DNA from: a virus
IMG/VR virus record: IMGVR_UViG_3300045999_010887
Span: 1 to 64,000 of that record
Reading direction: 5' to 3' (one strand)
DNA: 64,000 bases
The position numbers and the translations under genes were made by a program. The notes below the pieces were generated by a model. That model did no database searches. It was given only the letters and a program-made list of their open reading frames with translations, and was not told the DNA's origin. Numbering within the stretch: the first letter of the stretch is position 1; the number at the start of each line of letters is the position of its first letter. Shown one piece after another: positions 18,578-26,979 of this stretch.

Positions 18578-20992
18578 ATGGGACGCTACGCTACTAGATT
18601 TCAGGCAGGCGGTTCAAATACTGTTGGTGCTACGTATACCGCAGCAGCGGGTGGTAGCAACTCTAAGCTTTTTGTTGCTGCAAACGGACAAACGTTATCA
18701 CGTGCTCAATATCCTGCATTAGCTGCTTATTACAGCGGACAAACTCAATTCGATTCTTTAACTATCAATGGAACAGTTACCGGTGATAGCGCCGGTGATT
18801 TTATTGCAGGCGTAAGAAGCAGTAGCCCACGTTCTAATTTATTTGGAGGAGGAGAACAGGCTGCTACTTTTAGTGGTTTTACTCTTTACCTACAGAATAC
18901 ACGCACGTATTCAGATACGAGCTCCTCCGGTAACGTAGATACTTATAGAATTTGGTATACGCAAAACGGAATTGATTGGAAATTAATTGAGCCCTTCTTA
19001 ACTCCTTTTACAGACGCATCATTTATTACAACTTCAAGCGCTGTTTACATTTGTCATTCGTCAGGTCTTTACAAAACAACTGACGGTTTAAATTACACGA
19101 GCGTGTATTCAGCGGCGGCCGGCGTTCGTGGTTTAGCAGAGTTAAATGGTGTAGTTATTTTCTGCACTGGTGGAACAGGCGTTTTAACAACGACCGATTT
19201 TAGCTCCATTACCGGGTACGATATCACTGGTTTTACGCCACAAAGCATTGTTAATTACAGTGGCGTTTTATATGCTTTTCAGTCCAGCGTAACTGGAGTA
19301 CAGTTCTCAACAAACACTGGACAAACATGGAGCGCAGCTACCAGTGGTTTGGCAGTTGCAGCGGGCGCAGGAAACTGGGCTCGAGTTATTAACAATATTG
19401 TACTTGTCTCAACTCCTGGAACAGGAGCACTGTATCAATACTCGACAAATCCAACAGGTACAACCAATACATGGACGGCGCTCTCTACTAATAAACCAAC
19501 GCAAGCATTATACGGAACGCACTTTGTTTATGACAGTACGGCTAATGTATTAATGTGCGCTTGGCAGCATTTAATTGGTGCCAATACAACATCAGGTGCT
19601 ATTTTTGGTTACCGCGTTACAGGGGTTACAGGTTCTTCAGTTGCGTATACTGGCCTTGTTTTTAACGTAGGTTATCAAAACAGCACGTTTAGCGGGCAAA
19701 GGGCATACCCATTTATTGTTAACACAGGAAATATTAAAGCTTTCTACAACGATAATATTTTTGCTTATCAACCTACGGGTGCGGATTGGCAAGGTGAATA
19801 CAACGTTAATTTGTCAGGCGCTGTAAATTTAAGCGGTTTGCTTTCTACTCCATTTTTTCCTTTTGGAGATAGTTATGCAAATGGCTGGGGAAGAGTAGGG
19901 ACAACAAATTCAGGCCGACGTTATATTATTAAAGGAACCAATGCAAATGTAAACAATAATCATGGTTATATTTCTTATCTCTCAGTACATGTAGAAGAAA
20001 GTGGATTCTTTAAACCACTTTATGGTGTATCTGGGACGGTAACTGGTGCCACGGCGAATATTAATCGCACCACTGGAATTTACTCTTCAAGTAATAATAC
20101 TTGGAATCAAAGCATGACTGTAGCGGAGGCATCCGGGCAATATATTGTTGCCTGGCAATCTGCTGAAAGATCAGGTATTTATTACAACAGGTATAACCAA
20201 TCAACAAGAACTTCAAGCGGCGATTTCTTGTTTGCCTCTGGTCTGGGAACAACTTCCACGGTTGTGACTGCTGGAGCAACAAAAAATGATGGGATTTATA
20301 TTATTCCTACCGGACTTAATACAACGCAAACGGGCGCTTTGATCCAAGCAAGTGGCGCGCCTCTCACTTTTACTTACAATGTAACAGGAATTGTATCAGG
20401 AGGTTTGTTCCCTGGGATTATTCAATTTTCAGACGTTACTAATGAAGTTATAATCTCAACACATACAACAGGAAGCGTAACCGGTGTATCTCTTATTATT
20501 TCCGGGGGGAAAGTAGTTTCTCGGAGTACCTATACACTTTATAATTCCACTGGTGGTGTTGTCAGCACATTAAGCGGCACTTATGTTCTTAAATCTCAAA
20601 ATGCTTACTATGCCATTGACGTTAGTGGGAACATATACAAAGGAAGCAATCCAAGTGCGTTGACTTTTTATAGCAGAAGTGGACCATATCCAACTGGTTT
20701 GACAGGCACTTTCCAGCGTTTCCGCGAATTTGGGGAAACAAAAATTGTAGGACCTTTATTCTTTGATAATGAATATGGAATGATAATTACACAGCCGTTG
20801 CGTAATACATTACATGTCGGCGGAATAGCAGTTTTTCCAGAAATTTTCTCTCAAACACCTACTGACTATTTATTAGCAGTTAATGGCACTACTAATTCTT
20901 TAAGATTTGCAGGTGCCGGAACCGGTTCATTTATTGTCCCCAACATTCCAGTTTCTTCTACTGGAGAAGCTAAATACATTATTGCAAGGTAA
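18578..20992 (+). CDS. Putative receptor-binding/tail protein
   Basis: Collar-like NGQTLSRAQYPAL; BNR-like S/T-x-D/N-G-x-x-W repeats. Confidence 0.65.
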   Translation: MGRYATRFQAGGSNTVGATYTAAAGGSNSKLFVAANGQTLSRAQYPALAAYYSGQTQFDSLTINGTVTGDSAGDFIAGVRSSSPRSNLFGGGEQAATFSGFTLYLQNTRTYSDTSSSGNVDTYRIWYTQNGIDWKLIEPFLTPFTDASFITTSSAVYICHSSGLYKTTDGLNYTSVYSAAAGVRGLAELNGVVIFCTGGTGVLTTTDFSSITGYDITGFTPQSIVNYSGVLYAFQSSVTGVQFSTNTGQTWSAATSGLAVAAGAGNWARVINNIVLVSTPGTGALYQYSTNPTGTTNTWTALSTNKPTQALYGTHFVYDSTANVLMCAWQHLIGANTTSGAIFGYRVTGVTGSSVAYTGLVFNVGYQNSTFSGQRAYPFIVNTGNIKAFYNDNIFAYQPTGADWQGEYNVNLSGAVNLSGLLSTPFFPFGDSYANGWGRVGTTNSGRRYIIKGTNANVNNNHGYISYLSVHVEESGFFKPLYGVSGTVTGATANINRTTGIYSSSNNTWNQSMTVAEASGQYIVAWQSAERSGIYYNRYNQSTRTSSGDFLFASGLGTTSTVVTAGATKNDGIYIIPTGLNTTQTGALIQASGAPLTFTYNVTGIVSGGLFPGIIQFSDVTNEVIISTHTTGSVTGVSLIISGGKVVSRSTYTLYNSTGGVVSTLSGTYVLKSQNAYYAIDVSGNIYKGSNPSALTFYSRSGPYPTGLTGTFQRFREFGETKIVGPLFFDNEYGMIITQPLRNTLHVGGIAVFPEIFSQTPTDYLLAVNGTTNSLRFAGAGTGSFIVPNIPVSSTGEAKYIIAR

Positions 20993-20997
20993 TTGAA

Positions 20998-21303
20998 ATG
21001 CGTATTCAGACAGTTAATGACAGCGTCACGGCAATTGATTTTAAATTGCTTTTTACTTCAACGGAACGTGTGCAAGCTAGAGAATTAGCTAAAACGGATT
21101 CCATTGTTGCAGACATGTTTGGATTACTTGACGACCCACGGACGCAATCAGTCAGTTTAGTCATGCCACAAATTATTTCAATGTTAGATTATTTAGTGGC
21201 GCAAGGAATTTTAACCGCAGAACGTAAGCAACAAATTTTATTAGCTGACGCTCCGGACAGTGAGACTTCTTTTATTCCACCCCCTAACACACCTCCAGCA
21301 TAA
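20998..21303 (+). CDS. Putative tail fibre assembly protein
   Basis: Position; F..LFT..E...GILTAERKQQIL. Confidence 0.5.
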   Translation: MRIQTVNDSVTAIDFKLLFTSTERVQARELAKTDSIVADMFGLLDDPRTQSVSLVMPQIISMLDYLVAQGILTAERKQQILLADAPDSETSFIPPPNTPPA

Positions 21304-21315
21304 AGGAGAAAAGAG

Positions 21316-22344
21316 ATGGCAATTAAATTAACTGATGTTGCCATTCACTTCAAAAACTTAGACCATCAAGTTGAAGCGTTAAATTATTTACAAGCAAACG
21401 TTCCAGCGGATGTGTTAAGCGCTTTTGAGGAGAAGTGGCGCACACCTACTGCGCCAACCTCACCGCCCGTCAACAAACAGGACAACACCTGGGACGGTGT
21501 ATACCAGATGGCCCAAAAAGCTGGCGCCAAATTCCCAGAGGTTGTATGTGCTCAATGGGCTCTTGAATCTGGTTGGGGCAAACACGTCTCAGGTAAAAAT
21601 AATTACTTTGGCTTGAAGGGGTCAGGCTCGAGTGTTAATACACAAGAGTTTATTAACGGACAATGGATAGATATCAAAGCAGGTTTTATTGATTTCCCCG
21701 ATATTGCAACGTGCATTGCATATCTTGTTGATCGTTGGTACAAAGATTTTGGCCGGTTTAAAGGTGTTAACCGTGCCAAGACACGTAATGAATGTGCTCA
21801 ACTTTTGGTTGTTGAACAATACGCTACTGATCCTGATTACAGTACAAAATTAATTCAAATTATGGACCGGGAGATTGGTACTCCTGGTAACGTTGAAAAG
21901 AAGCCAGAAACAACAAAAGAAGAACGTTTTAATCCCTGGAGCCCATTCACCTATAAAGTTACACCTAATATTACGTACGGAGAACTCACTCTTAACCAAG
22001 AAGTACGTCGTTTTACTAAGCAATATCAATGTGATACAGCTTTAGAACTGTGTAAATTTCTTGAAAAAGTTAGAGCGGCTTTTGGAAATAAACCGTTAAT
22101 TATTACAAGTGCTTCTCGCCCTGAACCCATTAATACTCAAGTTGGTGGTGCCAAAAACAGTGAACACACTTACGATGCTCCTTCAAAAGGAGCTATTGAC
22201 TTTTATATAGAAGGTGCCAATATTTATGTTGTACAAGATTGGTGTAACAAAAATTGGCCGTACTCCTTGGGTTATGGTGCGTTAAAAGGTTTTGTGCACC
22301 TTGGCATCAGAGAAAGCAAGCAGCGTATTCGCTGGGATTACTGA
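21316..22344 (+). CDS. Endolysin: GH73 glucosaminidase plus M15 peptidase
   Basis: AQWALESGWG, NNYFGLKG, YATDPDY; TSASR..INTQVGGAKNSEH...AIDF...FVHL. Confidence 0.85.
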   Translation: MAIKLTDVAIHFKNLDHQVEALNYLQANVPADVLSAFEEKWRTPTAPTSPPVNKQDNTWDGVYQMAQKAGAKFPEVVCAQWALESGWGKHVSGKNNYFGLKGSGSSVNTQEFINGQWIDIKAGFIDFPDIATCIAYLVDRWYKDFGRFKGVNRAKTRNECAQLLVVEQYATDPDYSTKLIQIMDREIGTPGNVEKKPETTKEERFNPWSPFTYKVTPNITYGELTLNQEVRRFTKQYQCDTALELCKFLEKVRAAFGNKPLIITSASRPEPINTQVGGAKNSEHTYDAPSKGAIDFYIEGANIYVVQDWCNKNWPYSLGYGALKGFVHLGIRESKQRIRWDY

Positions 22345-22507
22345 GATGAAAAAATATAAAGAGCCTTACATTAGGGTTAATATCTGCTGGGAAATTGGAA
22401 AAGAAAAAAAGTGCGCAACCCTGTCAAAAGAACAGGCTTACGCAACAAGAGATTGGGTAGAAAAAGAAGGCGGAGTTTGTTTTTGGTTTCAAGCCCTGCC
22501 AAATTAA
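22326..22507 (+). CDS. Hypothetical protein
   Basis: Short ORF MKKYKEPYIRV... Confidence 0.45.
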
Positions 22508-22668
22508 CGCTGCTTGGCGCGACCAACCACTAAACCACAGATTTCAATCAAACGATACAATTTCCGAACTGCAAGATCATCTTTGGGTGTTGGGGTGAGT
22601 GCGCAGATGGCAGAACATGCTGCATGGATGGCCAGTGCAACTTCTAAATAACGGTTAAAATCATGCAT
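22504..22668 (-). CDS. Small holin-like membrane protein (not in ORF track)
   Basis: MHDFNRYLEVALAIHAACSAICALTPTPKDDLAVRKLYRLIE...; TPTPKDD motif next to the endolysin. Confidence 0.6.
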   Translation of the reverse strand: MHDFNRYLEVALAIHAACSAICALTPTPKDDLAVRKLYRLIEICGLVVGRAKQR

Positions 22669-22719
22669 GATCATCTCCAGATCTTTTTACATTCTAATTG
22701 TTGATCCAAAGTATTTTAT

Positions 22720-22860
22720 TTAATCTTCATAAACACGGCAGCTGCGCTCCCAGGGATTTTGTTCACAGTAGTTTTTGAAGCGTTGCGCTGTTGGTAGCGG
22801 CTTACCCAGATGAAAACGCCTTGATAACTTACAGATAAACCAGTTGTAAAACTTAATCAC
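22720..22860 (-). CDS. 46-aa CP12-like protein, C-terminal motif only (not in ORF track)
   Basis: Ends FKNYCEQNPWERSCRVYED*; GTGA overlap with the upstream stop. Confidence 0.6.
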   Translation of the reverse strand: MIKFYNWFICKLSRRFHLGKPLPTAQRFKNYCEQNPWERSCRVYED

Positions 22861-23597
22861 GGCACTGTAGTCAAGGGAACAAGAAAAGAAGGAAAACGGT
22901 CATCCGCCTGGTGCTCACGATCCCATGCTGTTTGCCATTCACTTAAAGAATGATCGTGAGAATCTTGTCCTTCATAGAATTCGGAATGATCATTAAGAAT
23001 TGAGTCACCGTTCTCTAATAAGATTAATCCATAATCTTCAAGAAGCAAATCAAAGTCAGCACTTGGAAACTCAATAACAACGCCAACTTCATAATCAATA
23101 GGTTCATTGCGTGTAGCAGATACACATAAGAGATAAGTTCCAACGGATAGAGGATAGTAGCGTTCATCCCCTTTATCCAATCGATTGGGATCAAAGGTGT
23201 TGTATAGGTCAGATTGAGCATTCATCGTATGCCCAACATAAGGGTTATAAACTTTGTTATCAATTGTTATTGTGATGCTGTCATCTTGAAAGATACCTCG
23301 TCCTTCAATGGGATTTAGGTTGAGGTCATACATTGAGACGTTGATATATTTTGGACGTGGCCCACCTTTTGCAACAATGATCCAAGCTTTTTGTGTAATC
23401 GTAAAACTAAACCAATGATTATATGCGCCACCGCCATAACCACCATTGGAGAGTTGATTTGTATCACGACGGCCAACGACTTGATTTTTAGGGCCAAGAC
23501 TTCCTTTTAAATTACGCAAAGAAAGCTGGCTAAATTGACCCATATTCAATGGGTTATCTTGCGTGCGTTGCCTTTGAATATCTTGATTACGAGCCAT
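22857..23597 (-). CDS. Hypothetical protein
   Basis: 246-aa ORF. Confidence 0.65.
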   Translation of the reverse strand: MARNQDIQRQRTQDNPLNMGQFSQLSLRNLKGSLGPKNQVVGRRDTNQLSNGGYGGGAYNHWFSFTITQKAWIIVAKGGPRPKYINVSMYDLNLNPIEGRGIFQDDSITITIDNKVYNPYVGHTMNAQSDLYNTFDPNRLDKGDERYYPLSVGTYLLCVSATRNEPIDYEVGVVIEFPSADFDLLLEDYGLILLENGDSILNDHSEFYEGQDSHDHSLSEWQTAWDREHQADDRFPSFLVPLTTVP

Positions 23598-23625
23598 TTA
23601 TTATATTTGGACCAATCAATCTATT

Positions 23626-24288
23626 CTACTGGTCTGGTATTTCTGGATTTTCTGGAAATGTAATTGTATTAAGGAAGGAACGATTAAAAGTTAAGGGTTG
23701 TTCTTTATGTTTTCCATAGACCATGAGCTTCTCGGCTTGGAATTCAAGTTCAAATGGATGAATTGTTTCAGGTGCAAACAATTTATTCCAACTTGAAACC
23801 ATGTGCAAAGGATTGCCACAGCGAGGGTTTCCGCATAGACGTGTTGTTACCATTCCCCCCACGTCCCCCCAGGCACAGTTGTATATTGCTTTATGAAAGC
23901 TTAAGTTTTCAGACTTCTGGTGACTGTAAGCAGAGCGATAAGAAGGCATGCAAACACGCTTGGGGCTGTAAGCGCCAGGAGAATCGATGGGCCAGCACTC
24001 CTCCATGGGACCTATGGTTATTTTTTTCCAGAGTTTTTCATACTTAGCTTTGTATTCAACATGAAGATAATTGATATCAAATCCACAGATATTAGATTGG
24101 ATTTTGTGAACGCAGTGATAACACCAGTTATCTGTTTGATCCCTGATTACATGACCATGAGGGCAAACAAAACCTCTGTAATAACCAGCGGTGTTTAATT
24201 GATCATCATCAAGATTATCAATAGAAGGAATGAAGCGAAATTTAACAGCTTCAATTAACTTTTTCTCTGATCTATGAAGGTTAGCCAT
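23626..24288 (-). CDS. Zn-binding HNH-like protein
   Basis: CPHGH..CYHC; ECWP...CGNPRCGNPLHM. Confidence 0.6.
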   Translation of the reverse strand: MANLHRSEKKLIEAVKFRFIPSIDNLDDDQLNTAGYYRGFVCPHGHVIRDQTDNWCYHCVHKIQSNICGFDINYLHVEYKAKYEKLWKKITIGPMEECWPIDSPGAYSPKRVCMPSYRSAYSHQKSENLSFHKAIYNCAWGDVGGMVTTRLCGNPRCGNPLHMVSSWNKLFAPETIHPFELEFQAEKLMVYGKHKEQPLTFNRSFLNTITFPENPEIPDQ

Positions 24289-24653
24289 TAGGAAGCAAGG
24301 GAAGAATAAGATTCAGACTCCGCTTGAGCGGATAATTTTTTGAAGTATTTTTTGCTAGCAATCAGCTTTTTGCGATTATCTTTATCTTTATTTAAGGTTT
24401 CGTGAAGGATATCGGTTTTTACCGGATCAACACCAGTACGTAAGTAGTACACGACTCGGTGAGCGAGGTAGACCACGTTGTCGATACAGACCATGTAGTA
24501 ACCAGTGGTCTTGTTAAGGCGTCCCGCCTGGCTTCCAGCAGGGTTACAGGCCTTTTTTACGCGCCACTCGAGCCCACTGGGGTACTGGTCGGACAACAGG
24601 AGCAGCTCTTCCACCCTCCAGAGGGGCGGCATTTCCTTGTGGTTGTGGGACAT
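24288..24653 (-). CDS. HNH-like protein
   Basis: GSQAG...GYYMV...YLAHRVVY; promoter TTGACG-17-TACTAT upstream. Confidence 0.6.
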   Translation of the reverse strand: MSHNHKEMPPLWRVEELLLLSDQYPSGLEWRVKKACNPAGSQAGRLNKTTGYYMVCIDNVVYLAHRVVYYLRTGVDPVKTDILHETLNKDKDNRKKLIASKKYFKKLSAQAESESYSSLAS

Positions 24654-24929
24654 CGGACCCTCTGGGACTGAAAAACATAGTAATAGGGGTCCCAGGGGAC
24701 GTCAAGGGTGCGTAAAAAACTAAGAATAAGTCTTTTTATTCTTTATATCTAGTTAAATGACGCCGCTTGACCAAAGTGTACGTACTTTATTTCTCTTTGC
24801 TTTCTCAGCGAACTTTTCAACATTACACCCTTTATCCAAACTGTCATTTGCTCTAAGGGGGGATTAGGCGGGACCCTATTCTCTGTTCTTACGCACCGCA
24901 GTCAAGTCTTATGTTGAGACTGCGCACAC

Positions 24930-24960
24930 AAAAAAAGGGAGCTGCGTCCAACAGCTCCCC
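24930..24960 (-). terminator. Intrinsic terminator
   Basis: GGGAGCTG/CAGCTCCC stem plus T run on the - strand. Confidence 0.75.
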
Positions 24961-24991
24961 ACCAGGTCCATCTCCTTGGAGACTCTACGCC

Positions 24992-25333
24992 TTACTTGCG
25001 ACCGTAGTCGTCACTAAGGCGGGTGATGTCCTCTTCGTACAGCTGGGAGCCCCTCTGGACCTCGATCAGAGTGAGTTCAGCGTCCCCAGCCTCGAGGCGA
25101 TGGATCTGACCTTTGAGGATGTGAGCGTTAGTGCCGGGGGATGCGGGGAACGTTACGTCCCCCACCGTGATGGTTCCAGTTCCGTTCACAACAACCCAGT
25201 GCTCTTCCCGATGCTCATGCTTTTGCAAGCTGAGTCTCGAATGAGGCTTAACTGAGATTATTTTGACCTTGTAATTGGGTCCCGCACAGATCGTTTCAAA
25301 GGAACCCCAAGGTCTTTCCTCCTTGTAGGTCAT
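24992..25333 (-). CDS. Type II mannose-6-phosphate isomerase (cupin)
   Basis: ERPWGSF, LSLQKHEHREEHWVVV, LIEVQ.G...EEDI.R. Confidence 0.9.
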   Translation of the reverse strand: MTYKEERPWGSFETICAGPNYKVKIISVKPHSRLSLQKHEHREEHWVVVNGTGTITVGDVTFPASPGTNAHILKGQIHRLEAGDAELTLIEVQRGSQLYEEDITRLSDDYGRK

Positions 25334-26595
25334 GCCAAAACCTCGGCCAGCTCCTTGTTCTCAGCCTTTTTTCCTTTCCGTTTACTGACTTTGATCTGCG
25401 GTTCTTTTTTCTTAGTCAGCACCTCCTGGAAGACATCATTAAAGTCTGCTGCAACGGTGTCCCAGTCAAAGCAGGGATCAGTGACACGTTCGTAGCAGGC
25501 TTGGGCAACGGCATCCAGCTGCTCACGATCCTCATACAGTTCGGTCAAGATGTCAGCCAGGTGGTTGTCATCGGGACACGGCATGATGCGACCAAAGTTA
25601 GTGTCTACATCTGCGTGAAGGTTACGAATCAAACGGCCGTAACCGTCAAAAATTTCTTTACATGAGGTGTGATCGGGTACAACTTGAGCAACACGGCAGG
25701 CAGCGTGTTCAAAGTTGACCAGACCCCAACCTTCACCTTTGCAAGTATTTACACCAACATCAGCACAGTTATAGATGATGTTCAAGAGTTCAACATCTAC
25801 CGAAGGACCATGCGGTGTGGGTGCCGTCATGATGATGCGGTTATTTGGATCAAGTCCTTGGCGAAGCATCTCTCGATTAAAGAGAGGCATGATGTCCCAG
25901 CCCTGGTCCTTTTGCCCCATATGCAGGTATAGCTTGGCGTTTGGTTTGTCGACCGCAAACTTTGCAAACGCAGAAATCGTAATGTCAATTCGTTTTCGGA
26001 ATTGATTTCTATTTCCGTTAAAAACAATGAAGTCGTCAGGATTCAGATTTAATTTTTTCCGGCACTCAACCTTATCCAATGGATAAAACTGACCAGAGGT
26101 TACACCATGGGGCACAACCCAGATTGGTTTTTCGACACCCGCAAGGACTGTTTCCTCTGCCCCGAATTTGGTATAACAAACTGCTGCGTCCCATTCATTC
26201 ATGGTATCAGCTAAACAGCCATACCATCCATAGGAATCCATGGGGTAGTAACCAACGAATTTAAACCCGAGCTGCTCGCGAAGATCACGGACTTGAGTCC
26301 ATTGATTATTAATGATCCAGCAATCGTTAATTGTGAAGATAACGTCAGGTTGAATTCGTTCAGTAATTTCACGAATACGCGCTTCCCCAAAGGGAGCGTT
26401 CTGATACATGTTGGAGGCTGGATAGAGGAAGTACTCCTTTTGAAGGGGGGTGTAATCACCGTGCCAGTTGCAACCAAGCACATGGATTTCATATTTATGT
26501 TTAAGGCGACTCAGCACATTTTCGGTAACACGTGCAAAGCCCGTGGTAGCAACGATGTCACCTACCCACAACAGCTTGGGTTTATTTTCAGTCAT
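25330..26595 (-). CDS. Glycosyltransferase, GT-B (GT4-like)
   Basis: TGFARV, RNQFRKRID, EGWGLVNFE. Confidence 0.88.
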   Translation of the reverse strand: MTENKPKLLWVGDIVATTGFARVTENVLSRLKHKYEIHVLGCNWHGDYTPLQKEYFLYPASNMYQNAPFGEARIREITERIQPDVIFTINDCWIINNQWTQVRDLREQLGFKFVGYYPMDSYGWYGCLADTMNEWDAAVCYTKFGAEETVLAGVEKPIWVVPHGVTSGQFYPLDKVECRKKLNLNPDDFIVFNGNRNQFRKRIDITISAFAKFAVDKPNAKLYLHMGQKDQGWDIMPLFNREMLRQGLDPNNRIIMTAPTPHGPSVDVELLNIIYNCADVGVNTCKGEGWGLVNFEHAACRVAQVVPDHTSCKEIFDGYGRLIRNLHADVDTNFGRIMPCPDDNHLADILTELYEDREQLDAVAQACYERVTDPCFDWDTVAADFNDVFQEVLTKKKEPQIKVSKRKGKKAENKELAEVLA

Positions 26596-26628
26596 TTAAT
26601 TGTTTATTGACTGAAAATAGTATACAAA

Positions 26629-26979
26629 TTATTTTGGAGTTATAGAACGAACTAGCTCTTTTTCGATAGATTGTTTCGATTTAAGTTTTGCTTTTAGGAA
26701 TTCAGCCGCCTTATGCGTGTTTGTTGTATCCCCACAGGTGTAGAGATCAATAGCGGCATAGCCCAATTCAGGCCATGTATGGATAGAGGCGTGGGATTCT
26801 GCCAGCAATGCTAGTAGCGTCACACCTTGCGGCTGAAATTTTTCACCAAACATGCGCAGGATTTTTGCGCCTGCCATATTAAGAGACACCTGGAGCAACC
26901 GTTCAAGCTCCTCGTAATTATCAAGAAGAGCTTGATCACAGTCATAGAGATCAAGGATGAGGTGACGCCCGTTGCTCAC
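26629..26979 (-). CDS. speD: S-adenosylmethionine decarboxylase proenzyme
   Basis: GRHLILDL, F.PQGVT...LAESHASIHTWPE...DLYTCG. Confidence 0.93.
   Translation of the reverse strand: MSNGRHLILDLYDCDQALLDNYEELERLLQVSLNMAGAKILRMFGEKFQPQGVTLLALLAESHASIHTWPELGYAAIDLYTCGDTTNTHKAAEFLKAKLKSKQSIEKELVRSITPK

Noticed and set aside
15896-20992. Diversity-generating retroelement acting on tail genes
   Set aside because: No reverse transcriptase; the duplicated module (~17730 and ~18050) is in frame and differs at all base types.
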